Below are positions 26,819-36,770 of a DNA stretch of 64,000 nt, one piece after another (the first letter of the stretch is position 1; each line of letters begins with the position of its first letter). A program made the position numbers and the translations under genes. Origin of the DNA: a virus; the IMG/VR virus record IMGVR_UViG_3300047585_000208, positions 1 to 64,000 of that record. One strand, given 5' to 3'. Under the pieces are notes generated by a model. The model had not been told where the DNA came from, did no database searches, and saw only the letters and a list, made by a program, of their open reading frames with translations.

Positions 26819-28924
26819 GTGCCTGGTCAACCAGTCAATAGTTGGCAACCTCGTGTTGACCCGTCTTTTCAAACCGGCAGTAGTACTGCCGACATGCTTC
26901 TTCAGCTTCTCTCTCAGCCCATTCATCAGCGAGCTGCCAGCGCCGGTGTGGCGATGGGGCAGTTTAGCCCGACTCAGAGTTATTACGACCGACTTCAGGG
27001 ACTACAGTTTAACCAGCAGCTAATGCAGTCCATGACTGCTGGTAATGTTGGTGATCGTCAATTCTATAGTCAGTTTCTTAACGGCCTCAACCATATAGTT
27101 GGTGGTGCCCCCCTCACAGGCGCACGAGGCACTGCGGCACAACAAGCTATTAACGACGTTGCAGCGATTAGCCCAGCTCTAGCTGTAACAATGCCGAGAT
27201 TGTTCGATCAGTTGCACGGTCAGCGAGGTTCTTCTCAAGTTCTAGCCGCTGAGCTCTTTATGTCTGGCCGTGGGATGTTTAATCCTGCGACCGGCCATCT
27301 TGGATTTGACGGAGCAAGAGCCGGAGCACTAGCTAACTCAGTTTACGCAGATCTTTTTGCAGTTCGCGGTACGCCAGGTAGCGATGCGGACGCAGCTAAC
27401 CTTCGGCGAACTCACGGTTTTAGCGCTGGGCAAGCTGGTGAAATCTTTAATCAGCTTCAGCAGATGGGGCAAGGAGGCCAACTTACTGGGAATGTTAGAC
27501 AAGACTCTAGGAACATATCTCGCAGAATCGAAGAAATGACAGGGGCTGTCCGTGCTATGCAGGACATTTTTGGTGATATGGGGCATCCCAACGCACCAAT
27601 GCACCAGCTTATGGCCTCGTTAGACGCGCTGACTGCTGGCGGTGTAATGACGATGAGCCCAGAGCGCATGCAGCAAAATGTTCGGCGCATGCAAGCTCTA
27701 GCGCACCAGGGCGGGGTTGGATTTGAATATATGGCTGCAGCTGCTCAAGCTGGCGGCATGATGGCTGAAGGTGTTGGGATAAGCAGGCAGTTTGGAGTGG
27801 CAACTGCTCAATCGTCTATGGCTTTTCGAACCGCGTTTAGAAGCTTAGCCGGAAATCAAGGGTTCGGCGGATTCGAAAGTCCTGACGATGCTAGGGTTGA
27901 AGATCAGCGATTAAGGACTGCGGCGGCTAATAGTTCAGTTGGTCGGGTTGTTGGCGCTGTTCAAGCTATGGCAGAAGCCGGGTTGATTCACGGAGCCGAT
28001 CCTTCAACACCAGAAGGGCGTAGACGATTAAGCGAAATTTCAAACCAAGTAGCTGATCTCGGGCCAGGTCAAACCTCTCAATTTTTACAAGGACTTGGTG
28101 TAGCTCCGGCTACATTTAATAACTTTCTTAGTAACCACCAAGCTAATAACGGAGCTTTATTCCGTAACGGCGGAGCAGACATTGTTCAAGCTCGTCAAAT
28201 TAATGAAGTGGCTCAAGGTGCTATACCGCTAGCTGGTAGCGCTTTTGCTGGGTCGCAACCCGCAGCTAATTTGCAAGGCATTGGCGCGGCTGTTTTTGGC
28301 GCGCTTAGACAAATAGGTGATTCAAACCCAGATCTTTTAGAGAATCGCGAAGGTAGGAGACCTGCCCTTATTCAAGCTGTTCAGCAGCGATTACGCGCTA
28401 ACAACATTCACGGTAGCGATGCCGAGGTTGCTAATTCTATTCAAAGCGTTGAAGGCTTTGCGTGGGGCCAGCACAACCGACCTTTAGCTTCAGTGCTCTC
28501 GGTTCATGGCGATCGGATACGCCAAGAGGCTAATCGCAACCTTTTGAATGCTGATGCCCAAGGTGCTGCAGCAGAAGGATTAGCCGGGTTAGGCCAACAA
28601 AACGTTACTCGTCGATTAGCTGATGTAATAGCCGCAGCTCCTGGAATATCAATAGGCGCAGCTGTACAAAGGCTTTTAGGCGCTATTCCGCAAGAACAAC
28701 GCCAAGCTGCCGCCCGAGATTTATTAAACGACCAGAGAGTTGCTAATGACCCAATGATTAGTGGGTTTTTACGCGGTGTTGCTGGACCTCAAGAAGCTGT
28801 TAGCCCAGCGGCAGCCGGTGCCGGAGGCGCAATGCGAATCACTGGAACGCTTGATCTTCGTAATGGAAACATTAATGCTAATGGAGACATTGGAGCTGTT
28901 CCGCCGCCCGGAGGTAGGCAATAA
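26819..28924 (+). CDS. tape-measure-like protein
   Basis: Helical composition rich in A, G and Q; follows the chaperone pair. Confidence 0.55.
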   Translation: MPGQPVNSWQPRVDPSFQTGSSTADMLLQLLSQPIHQRAASAGVAMGQFSPTQSYYDRLQGLQFNQQLMQSMTAGNVGDRQFYSQFLNGLNHIVGGAPLTGARGTAAQQAINDVAAISPALAVTMPRLFDQLHGQRGSSQVLAAELFMSGRGMFNPATGHLGFDGARAGALANSVYADLFAVRGTPGSDADAANLRRTHGFSAGQAGEIFNQLQQMGQGGQLTGNVRQDSRNISRRIEEMTGAVRAMQDIFGDMGHPNAPMHQLMASLDALTAGGVMTMSPERMQQNVRRMQALAHQGGVGFEYMAAAAQAGGMMAEGVGISRQFGVATAQSSMAFRTAFRSLAGNQGFGGFESPDDARVEDQRLRTAAANSSVGRVVGAVQAMAEAGLIHGADPSTPEGRRRLSEISNQVADLGPGQTSQFLQGLGVAPATFNNFLSNHQANNGALFRNGGADIVQARQINEVAQGAIPLAGSAFAGSQPAANLQGIGAAVFGALRQIGDSNPDLLENREGRRPALIQAVQQRLRANNIHGSDAEVANSIQSVEGFAWGQHNRPLASVLSVHGDRIRQEANRNLLNADAQGAAAEGLAGLGQQNVTRRLADVIAAAPGISIGAAVQRLLGAIPQEQRQAAARDLLNDQRVANDPMISGFLRGVAGPQEAVSPAAAGAGGAMRITGTLDLRNGNINANGDIGAVPPPGGRQ

Positions 28925-29460
28925 TGGCTGACATATTCGTTTCAAGCCCCGGTTCAGTTGTAGTGGTTGCAAGCCCCGGTATACCGATGAAACTATCGAT
29001 GCAGCGCTGGGGCGGATTCTCTAGTATGAACTCAATTTTGACTGGCATTCAAACTCAGACAAAATCTGGTGTTCAGTACATGTACTCGCTCAGAGACATG
29101 ATTTATATCTACACTTTTGGAGAGCGGCTTGCCCCTATGTCAATCTCCGGGCTAGCCTTCGCTCAGGCCTGCGTAGACGCAAACTTTGTTGGACCACCTA
29201 CTCTTCAGCAGTCTTCTCATGGTATTGAACTTGCTCTTAGGTATTACGGAGAAAACCGGGTTGCTAAATTGGGAGCGCCAGTCACAATAACCCTTGGAGT
29301 TCAAACAACCTTTTATGGGTTTATGGACGGTGGGTCTTTTAATGTTACGGATCCAGACAGCATGATTGGTAATTTTTCCTTCAACTTTACTGCGATCTTG
29401 TCTCCTCAGGCTCTAGCAGACACGCCACCTTCTTCTAACATCCCATCAGGAAATACTTAG
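28924..29460 (+). CDS. putative tube-fold baseplate (tube initiator) protein
   Basis: YIYTFGER...MSISG.AF pattern; position in the tail module. Confidence 0.45.
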   Translation: MADIFVSSPGSVVVVASPGIPMKLSMQRWGGFSSMNSILTGIQTQTKSGVQYMYSLRDMIYIYTFGERLAPMSISGLAFAQACVDANFVGPPTLQQSSHGIELALRYYGENRVAKLGAPVTITLGVQTTFYGFMDGGSFNVTDPDSMIGNFSFNFTAILSPQALADTPPSSNIPSGNT

Positions 29461-30248
29461 TGATAAACCAAGTACGAACTCTTCTGCTTAACCAAAACAG
29501 TAGCAACGCTCCAGGGCCAAACTACCCAGGAGAAGAGTACGTACCAGTCGGTTACGCTGCGCAGCAACTGCCTAATGCTCTTCAAACTGTCTGGAGTGTT
29601 CTATTCGGAGTAAGCCCAGACAGGGCTTTACTTAACTGGCGTCTTCGCGCTTACATGGGCATTCTTCACGCGAGCCAGCTCGCTGAGTACGTTTATGCTT
29701 TAGACCCTAGAGTTACCTATCTGCCGTTTAAGGACGATTTGCTTTATCTGGCTGCAGAAGGTGCAAGCTTTGCGCAGCTAGTTAATAGCGGCCAAACTCT
29801 TACCTGGGCTAGTTCTATTTACCCAGCGCAGTATGGTAATCGGATTCTTCTTCAATACGGGCTGACTGTTACAAGTAACTCGCAGGTAGAGATTACGTAT
29901 TACAGCAATTCGTCTGGCACAGTTACTACTGTTCCACAGAGTTACTCAGTTAACAGTGGACTGTCTTCTCCTGTAGCTTTGCCTGGTTCATCTTTAGCAG
30001 TGCAGTTTACAGCCGGAACTGGAAGTGTTTGGAACATTCAAGCGCTTGCGCGACCGACGGTTGGGATTCCAGAAGTATTAGCTGAATGTTTAGCCTCTTT
30101 GACTAGCCAACAGCTAAACGCTGTTTTCAATAACTCAGCAACTTCTCAAATTCCAACCTTCCAGAATCTTTGGGAGCAAGAGGATCAGCTTCCGTATAGG
30201 CTTGGCGGGTTAATCATCGCACTCGCGTACTCTATCAATAACTTATGA
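29460..30248 (+). CDS. virion/baseplate hypothetical protein
   Basis: Coupled to its neighbours; composition typical of structural proteins. Confidence 0.5.
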   Translation: MINQVRTLLLNQNSSNAPGPNYPGEEYVPVGYAAQQLPNALQTVWSVLFGVSPDRALLNWRLRAYMGILHASQLAEYVYALDPRVTYLPFKDDLLYLAAEGASFAQLVNSGQTLTWASSIYPAQYGNRILLQYGLTVTSNSQVEITYYSNSSGTVTTVPQSYSVNSGLSSPVALPGSSLAVQFTAGTGSVWNIQALARPTVGIPEVLAECLASLTSQQLNAVFNNSATSQIPTFQNLWEQEDQLPYRLGGLIIALAYSINNL

Positions 30249-30255
30249 GATACGC

Positions 30256-32010
30256 ATGTCAACAATAAATTGGGCAACAAATCGAATTCAGATGTGGGGG
30301 TCAATCTGGATTCCTATTAATGGAGTGCCGACTCCATTCATTCTCGACATTTCTCATGCAGAAATGAACTGGGGAATTAACTCTATTCCTACAGCAACGG
30401 TTCTTTTAAGCACTGGTTTTAATTCTAAAGATGGTTTACCTGCGACTATTCACTATCTCGTAAATTACTTAAAGATGCAGTTGCCATTTGCGCTAATTCT
30501 TCAAGTAACCCCTTTAACTAATTCACTAGGTATTCCTCCTTATGTGTGGCCAGACACTTGGCCCAACACGCCGTTTTCAGTGTTTGAAGGCTACACTGCT
30601 GCGATAGGCTTTTCAACTAGCATGAGTGGACAAGCTACTTATACACTCACGATTGATCATTGGCTTTCAGATCTAAATTATTCGTCAGCGCTTACAGCTT
30701 CGACGAATACACTTAGCGCTAGCCGGCTCGCAAGATCTGCGAACATCTTCTTTAATACCCCCGTTGGCGTAGCAGCCGGGGGTGCCGGTGCTAATTTTGT
30801 TTCTGCAACTGGAGGGCTTGCTTATTTTAGTACTGGGCGCATTGCTACTGATTTTTGGGGGCTAAGTCTTAAGCCTTGGCTACAAGGGCTTTGTCGACAA
30901 GATGTTTTAACTGACCCGTCTACAATCGCAGCCGGAGGCGCTATTGCTGGTGGCGAAAATAGCCAAGCACTTAAGGCTTTGGCTAGATTCGAGCCTTTCG
31001 CAAATACTGGTTATACCTGGGGTGTTCCTTTACCTTTCGGTATTGATATTACCCAGCAAGCAACTGCGCTTAATATTCTATTTCAATCGATCAATGAAGA
31101 CGCGGTTCAAGGAAGTATAACAAGCTGGTATTCGCAGACACTGTGGGAAAAACTCGGAACTTACGCCGCTAACTACTTGTTCTCAGTTGTCCCAATGGTA
31201 AAGCGTTGTTTAGTTGTACCAATGCAACCAGGTATTCAGGGCGTTTGGCAAACAATTTACACAGAAGAGTACGATCAAATCAGCTTTGGTGGGTTACTTC
31301 CCAGACTTATTCGTGGAGTACGAATTCTTGGAGGACTGGGTAATGATTTTGGGGCAAACGGTGGAGTACAGCCACAGAACGGCGCAAATGCAGCTCAGAC
31401 TTCTGTAGGTGGAACTTTCAATAATCCAAATCTGACCGCTGGGATGCTCCTTTATCTCGACGCGCCAAAGTGGCTTAGCTGCATAACTAGCCCAAATGCA
31501 CTAGGCCGGGCCGCTTTAGCGCCTAACGGAGTTTGTGGTAATGCTTTGTTTCCAGGGTCTGGAGTTACTTTTAATGGGTTTACAGCAGTCGCAAGAAGGC
31601 AAGCTGGTCAAGGTGTTCTAACCAATTATGCGCAGTCAATGTACGTTAATGAAATTCTGCAAGGTCGTACCGGTAGACTTACAGGCAAACTGCGCTTTGA
31701 TATCTCCCCCGGTTCAAGCGTGCGTGTAGCGATTAACGAAGAAGCATTTATTGCTGCGAAGCTTCCAGCCGTGGTCGGCGATAATTACATGTATGGAACC
31801 GTTAGGCGACTTACGCACGTTATTGACGCAGAGCAAACTTCAGCTTCAACTACATTCGATATCGGTTGGTTGCGCTCAGAAGCTGAAAATGCTCTTCCAG
31901 GAACCTCAATTGCTGCGCACCCAATATGGGCTAATCAGTGGTATGGGGCGCCAAATGTAGACTTGCCGCAGTTTATACCTAACACCCTTGGCCCAAACCC
32001 GCTTAGTTGA
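30256..32010 (+). CDS. putative baseplate hub (gp27/gpD-like)
   Basis: FEGY in the N-terminal barrel; C-terminal G.L.G.LRFDI.PG..V...G.V..LTH.I....T.F. Confidence 0.55.
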   Translation: MSTINWATNRIQMWGSIWIPINGVPTPFILDISHAEMNWGINSIPTATVLLSTGFNSKDGLPATIHYLVNYLKMQLPFALILQVTPLTNSLGIPPYVWPDTWPNTPFSVFEGYTAAIGFSTSMSGQATYTLTIDHWLSDLNYSSALTASTNTLSASRLARSANIFFNTPVGVAAGGAGANFVSATGGLAYFSTGRIATDFWGLSLKPWLQGLCRQDVLTDPSTIAAGGAIAGGENSQALKALARFEPFANTGYTWGVPLPFGIDITQQATALNILFQSINEDAVQGSITSWYSQTLWEKLGTYAANYLFSVVPMVKRCLVVPMQPGIQGVWQTIYTEEYDQISFGGLLPRLIRGVRILGGLGNDFGANGGVQPQNGANAAQTSVGGTFNNPNLTAGMLLYLDAPKWLSCITSPNALGRAALAPNGVCGNALFPGSGVTFNGFTAVARRQAGQGVLTNYAQSMYVNEILQGRTGRLTGKLRFDISPGSSVRVAINEEAFIAAKLPAVVGDNYMYGTVRRLTHVIDAEQTSASTTFDIGWLRSEAENALPGTSIAAHPIWANQWYGAPNVDLPQFIPNTLGPNPLS

Positions 32011-32035
32011 GTAATGCATTACTCAGATAAAAACT

Positions 32036-32773
32036 ATGGACGATTATCTAGAGCCCCATTTTGCAGAGCCATTTAAGGCCTGGCAAGCTAAGCCGACGTC
32101 AGACGCTACTAGCTCGCTCCTAAAAGCTATTAATCCAGTCCTAGACGCGGCTGTAAGAACCTATGGCGGTAGTAAAGCTAGTCCTACGCTAAAGAGCCAC
32201 GCTAAAGTTATGGCGCTTGACGCCCTAAAGCGCTACGACCCTTCCAGAGCTAAACTCCGTACCCATCTAATGGTTCAGTTGCAAGGTCTTAGGCGTGTGT
32301 CTGCTAAAGAAGGCCAAATGGTCTCAATCCCTGAGCGCGTAGCGCTGCACCTTGGAATGCTGCACTCTGCTGAGAATGAACTCAAAGATCAGCTTGGTCG
32401 TGATCCGTCTGATATTGAGCTAGCTGACCACACAAAGCTGTCTACAAAAAGAATTGCTTATATTCGGCAAGCTAAGCCTACTTACGCCGAAGGGCAATTT
32501 ATGAGTCAGTCCGAAGAGGGCGGAGAAGAGCTAATCCATCCAGCTACAGCTGGGCTAAATGACGAACACTGGGTCAAATACGTTCACAGCGACCTCAGCC
32601 CAACAGATCAAGTTATCCTTGAGCACTCTCTTGGGCTCTTTGGTAAGCGAAAATTGAATAAGGGCGCTATTGCTCGCAAACTCAATATGAGCGGCGGCGC
32701 TGTTACTCAAAGAGCAGCTAAGATTCAATCGATGCTGGATAAAGGTAGTCAACTCGGGGCGGGATTAATTTAA
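32036..32773 (+). CDS. phage-encoded sigma70-family factor (FliA/WhiG/SigB-like, group 3)
   Basis: Region 2 ALKRYDPSRAKLRTH; region 3 LGRDPSDIELAD; region 4 HTH LSPTDQVIL...GL...IARKLNMSGGAVTQ. Confidence 0.85.
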   Translation: MDDYLEPHFAEPFKAWQAKPTSDATSSLLKAINPVLDAAVRTYGGSKASPTLKSHAKVMALDALKRYDPSRAKLRTHLMVQLQGLRRVSAKEGQMVSIPERVALHLGMLHSAENELKDQLGRDPSDIELADHTKLSTKRIAYIRQAKPTYAEGQFMSQSEEGGEELIHPATAGLNDEHWVKYVHSDLSPTDQVILEHSLGLFGKRKLNKGAIARKLNMSGGAVTQRAAKIQSMLDKGSQLGAGLI

Positions 32774-33205
32774 ATGCCTATCGGACATCTGGATTCAAAT
32801 TATGTCGCCCAGAGTAATACACTCGCGGACTACGGCACAACTGACGGTGATGCCAACCTTGAACAAGATCAGCGAATGTGGATGGTCCCAGAGCTAAATG
32901 GGGCTTCTTGGGATATTCCTGGCTGGGCAGCTGCTTATTCACGAAAAGGCATTGGAGATGTTTATACCCAGGTCTTGTCTTACCCGAGTGGCTCAGCTGG
33001 CGACGCGATGGCTATGAAGATGCAATCGGATTATGTGGCTACTCAAGAGCGAGCTTATAGGCTTAGGCAGCTTAGCCCAGTTAGGGCTTGTATGCATGCG
33101 GCAGCTCGCAGGCTAGGCCATGGGCAAGACAACGGTATATTTGGTCGAATTGATTCTACTATCCAAGACGTAATTGCTGCTGGCGCAGCAGGATTTTCGA
33201 GTTAG
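32774..33205 (+). CDS. hypothetical protein
   Basis: Abuts the sigma factor gene. Confidence 0.6.
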   Translation: MPIGHLDSNYVAQSNTLADYGTTDGDANLEQDQRMWMVPELNGASWDIPGWAAAYSRKGIGDVYTQVLSYPSGSAGDAMAMKMQSDYVATQERAYRLRQLSPVRACMHAAARRLGHGQDNGIFGRIDSTIQDVIAAGAAGFSS

Positions 33206-33207
33206 CA

Positions 33208-33765
33208 ATGCCAGATATTCTGGTTTACACCACTAGCTCAGACGGTCAAATTCTTGTCACCTCAGTTGGGTCGACTCAAGGTATCCCTGCAATTACGCCT
33301 TCGGGGCAGATTACAGCCCCGGCTACTCCGACCTACGTTCAATCCTTAACGCTTAGCTTTGTCCAGCCTGGAACGAACGATCAGTTGATTTTTGGTCCCG
33401 GCTACAGCGGTTTTACTATCCAGGGTGGTCAAAAGCTTGTTCAGCGCTTTCTTCTTCAGTTGTTGACAGTTCAAGGGTCGATTCTCTATAGGCCGCAAAT
33501 TGGAACGAACTTTGTTCCTGAGCTTCAAACGCCTCTTGGCTCAAACGAGTCAGACGTCTTTGCTGCTTTCGCCGCTGCGATGCTTACTCTAGGCCCAAAT
33601 ATGTGGGCAGAGGAGCTTGTTACTGATCCGCCAGACGAACGCTTCTCTAGCGCGACCATGACTCAGCTAACAGTTGGCTCTGGGTCACTCTCTGCTACGA
33701 TTGTGATAGTTAGCTTGGCAGGCGGTACTCAAACGATGTCGCTTCCGCTGAACTTTGCAATTTGA
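33208..33765 (+). CDS. baseplate wedge gp25/W-like protein
   Basis: G.QKLVQRFL..LLT..GS..YRP..GT.F ... PPDER motif. Confidence 0.65.
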   Translation: MPDILVYTTSSDGQILVTSVGSTQGIPAITPSGQITAPATPTYVQSLTLSFVQPGTNDQLIFGPGYSGFTIQGGQKLVQRFLLQLLTVQGSILYRPQIGTNFVPELQTPLGSNESDVFAAFAAAMLTLGPNMWAEELVTDPPDERFSSATMTQLTVGSGSLSATIVIVSLAGGTQTMSLPLNFAI

Positions 33766-33796
33766 GTAATGCGTTACTCAACTTTAGGCCTGGATT

Positions 33797-35437
33797 ATGA
33801 CGTTAACTATTACAGACCTGAATACGCTAAACCAACAGCAGGTCGAGCAGATGCGCCAACTGCTCACTCAGCTGCTCTCTGAGTACAACCCTAATGCCGG
33901 GCTTGAGATGGGTCCAACCCAGGACCTTATCGTTACGCCGAAGGCCGTTCTTGACACTGCAACTCAAAACAATATCAATTTAGTCGTTCAATCTAGCAGC
34001 CTTGCGGCAATCGTTGCAAACCCGGCTCTTGGTGATCCAACTACAGTCGCTAACCTTCTTTCGAACTACGGCATTACCCCTACGGCAGCTGCCCCTGCAA
34101 GCGGGAATGTCACTATTCTTTTAAGCACTCTTATTCCTACTGTTATTCCGTCTACTACAGTTTTTACAATTAGTGGTCAGACATTCCAACCAGCGCAAAC
34201 TTATTCTGCAAGAGTGTCTTCTACCCTTGTGCAACTTTCAACTGATGTGCTGATTTCCCAGCTTGGCAACTATTACGCTTTTACTATTCCTGTAACTGCT
34301 GTAACTGCCGGTTCTGCTGGAAACGTTACCCTTGGCTCTCCTGCAACTCTTTCTCAAAATCCTGGTTCTTTTGTAAGCGCTTATGCTTCAACTAGCTTTT
34401 CTGGCGGCACAGACGCCGAATCTAATTCTCAATTAGTTACTCAGCTTCAGTCTGGGCTCGCGGCTAAAGCCTGGGGAAACCGGGTTACAGCCGCAGCCCA
34501 GATAACTCAGCAGTTTCCTTCTGTAACTGAGACGTCGATCATTGGCTTTGGCGATCCAGAGATGCTCAGAGATGAGCATTCAATCTGGCCAGGACATACA
34601 GGTGGTCGAACGGATACTTATATCCAAACAGCGCCAATACAGCAGTACGTAACTGTCACTGAAACCGCTACCCTTATTGCTACAGCTGGTAACGTTGGAA
34701 CTTGGCAGTTTCAAATAGCTCGCGATGATGCTCCTGGCTTCTATGAAGTTACTCAAATATTGACACCGTCAATGCCCTTGACCGCTCAAGGCTTCCTTCC
34801 GGCTAGCGATGTTAGAGGATTTGATCTTTCAATAGACTCAACCCATACTTACATTCCAGACATTATTTCTCCGCTGGAAGCAGCTTATACCGAATTCCAA
34901 ACTTCAACGATTACCTTCATCGATACAGTCACGAGCGTTTCAGGGTTAACTGTCGGAGTGGCAACTGCTCCTTACCAAGTTGTAATGAGTCTAATGCCCC
35001 AGATTGACACGATTCAGGCTTTTCTTGGGCTGAGGACAAACCGACCTCCGATGGGTGATGTTCTAGTCAGAGGTGCTGTTCCGTGCTTTACTGGAGTTTC
35101 TCTGACGCTGAATGTAATATCAGCTTCAACGCTCACAGTCGCAGCAGTTCAGGCAGCGCTTGCGTCAGCTGTGAATAGCCAGGGGTTTGTAGGAAGCCTA
35201 GCTGCCTCCTTTATCAATCAAGTCTTGCATAACCTGGCCGGAACTAGCCTGGTATCGGTAAGCGGTCTTTCGATGACTGGTAGGATTAGGCGACCCGATG
35301 GGGTTAATGTCTTTGTCAATAGCTCAACAGTCCTGAGCGTTCCGAGTTCACCGCAGGTTATGTCAACGGCCAATACTGTGTTATTCTTACTAAGTCCAAG
35401 TAACGTGGCAGTGAACCTAGTCACGGTATCAAGTTAG
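33797..35437 (+). CDS. baseplate J-like wedge protein
   Basis: A.G.VT....T.IP..T.F ... V.A..AGSAGNV ... FSGGTDAESN..L. Confidence 0.8.
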   Translation: MTLTITDLNTLNQQQVEQMRQLLTQLLSEYNPNAGLEMGPTQDLIVTPKAVLDTATQNNINLVVQSSSLAAIVANPALGDPTTVANLLSNYGITPTAAAPASGNVTILLSTLIPTVIPSTTVFTISGQTFQPAQTYSARVSSTLVQLSTDVLISQLGNYYAFTIPVTAVTAGSAGNVTLGSPATLSQNPGSFVSAYASTSFSGGTDAESNSQLVTQLQSGLAAKAWGNRVTAAAQITQQFPSVTETSIIGFGDPEMLRDEHSIWPGHTGGRTDTYIQTAPIQQYVTVTETATLIATAGNVGTWQFQIARDDAPGFYEVTQILTPSMPLTAQGFLPASDVRGFDLSIDSTHTYIPDIISPLEAAYTEFQTSTITFIDTVTSVSGLTVGVATAPYQVVMSLMPQIDTIQAFLGLRTNRPPMGDVLVRGAVPCFTGVSLTLNVISASTLTVAAVQAALASAVNSQGFVGSLAASFINQVLHNLAGTSLVSVSGLSMTGRIRRPDGVNVFVNSSTVLSVPSSPQVMSTANTVLFLLSPSNVAVNLVTVSS

Positions 35438-35449
35438 CGGGGTTGAATC

Positions 35450-36286
35450 ATGCGTTTGTTTAGAATTGCTGCGATTATCCTTCTGCTGTTGCCAGTCGGC
35501 GCTTTGACTTGTGCTGAAAGTAAGAAAGTGCTCGTCTCGGCTCCAGAATTTAAACTGCCAGACCAGCCTCCGGTTACTCCGCCCGTGCCAGTTCAGCCGC
35601 CGACCCCGGTTCAACCTCCGGCGCCTGTCCAGCCACCAGCTCCACCAGCGCCTACTCCTGATGAATTTCAAGAAATTACTCCTCCTACTAGTTCTAAAGT
35701 GGCTGGTCTAGAGATCACCAGTGACCGCACACTTTCTGCGAGTACGAAATTTATTCTCTTAACAGCTAAAACAGACACCGCTAATCAAAAAATCAAGTGG
35801 CTTGTTTTTGGTTCGAATCCTTCTTTGCCTCCTTCCGCGCTTGTTTCGCCAAGTGGAAAAAGTGTTCTGGTGTTCCCTGGCTCTCTGAATGACGATCTTA
35901 TTGCTGTACTAGCTTATACAAGCGTTAATGGGGTCCCGTCCGATACTGTGGTTTGTAAACTGACCTTGCAGGCTACCCCAGTTATTCCGCCAACCCCAAC
36001 TAAACAGGGTCTTAAAGGCACTATTCACTGCACTGTTGTAATTGATCCAAGTGTCAAGTTTGAGATGCCTGCAGTTTTTCAAGCGGCTATGCAATCTGCA
36101 AACGTTCGGATTTATACAAAGAGCACACTGGATCTTCCTGAAGCTATGCGTCCAGCTCTCGCTCGCGCCGGTGGTACTCCAGCTTTGATTACTCAAGATA
36201 GCGATGGGACAATCGTCGCTAGTGAAAAAATTGGAAATATTGAAGATATTTCAAATCGGGTCGCTGCTTTGCGACAGGGCTTATAA
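35450..36286 (+). CDS. secreted Pro-rich protein
   Basis: Signal peptide, PVQPP linkers and a small C-terminal domain. Confidence 0.6.
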   Translation: MRLFRIAAIILLLLPVGALTCAESKKVLVSAPEFKLPDQPPVTPPVPVQPPTPVQPPAPVQPPAPPAPTPDEFQEITPPTSSKVAGLEITSDRTLSASTKFILLTAKTDTANQKIKWLVFGSNPSLPPSALVSPSGKSVLVFPGSLNDDLIAVLAYTSVNGVPSDTVVCKLTLQATPVIPPTPTKQGLKGTIHCTVVIDPSVKFEMPAVFQAAMQSANVRIYTKSTLDLPEAMRPALARAGGTPALITQDSDGTIVASEKIGNIEDISNRVAALRQGL

Positions 36287-36327
36287 TTAGAAAGTGATCT
36301 CTAAACTTTTACTTGCGGGGAATCAAA

Positions 36328-36621
36328 ATGAATGGGTCTAAAGCGTCTTTGGAAACTCGTGGTGCCTCGGTTGGGTTGTCGGCTGTCCAAATTTTGCAGC
36401 TCATTGAGCAATACGGCGTGCCAGCGGCTGAAGCTATTATTCAAGCCCTTGCAAGCGGTGGCACTGGCGCGCTAAGAGCTAACGACGCCTCTTCTCCAGT
36501 TATCTGGGCCAAGTCCGCTATCGTTACACTGCTTAAGCAGTATCACGATCAGATCTTGGCTACCATGAACGAGGCTGAAGGTCAAGCGCTTGATTTGTTG
36601 ATTGCCGCGCTTTCGAAGTGA
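36328..36621 (+). CDS. hypothetical helical protein
   Basis: Likely ATG 36328. Confidence 0.55.
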   Translation: MNGSKASLETRGASVGLSAVQILQLIEQYGVPAAEAIIQALASGGTGALRANDASSPVIWAKSAIVTLLKQYHDQILATMNEAEGQALDLLIAALSK

Positions 36622-36670
36622 CGATTTCTTCGCCTGGCGCTACCAGCTTCTAGTTAGTGGCGCCTACCTT

Positions 36671-36741
36671 GCGGGTATAGTTCAAGGGTAGAACCCTAGT
36701 TTTCCAAACTAGTCACGTCGGCTCGACTCCGACTACCCGCT
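36671..36741 (+). tRNA. tRNA-Gly (TCC)
   Basis: Acceptor GCGGGTA/TACCCGC; anticodon arm CTAGT-TTTCCAA-ACTAG; T arm GTCGG-CTCGACT-CCGAC; no encoded CCA. Confidence 0.9.
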
Positions 36742-36770
36742 ATAAGCTGAGTAACGCATTACTCAAATGA

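Noticed and set aside
17400-35437. Extracellular contractile injection system or tailocin rather than a phage
   Set aside because: A terminase, neck-like genes, a sigma factor, RNA ligase, a tRNA and many small accessory genes indicate a genuine phage genome.
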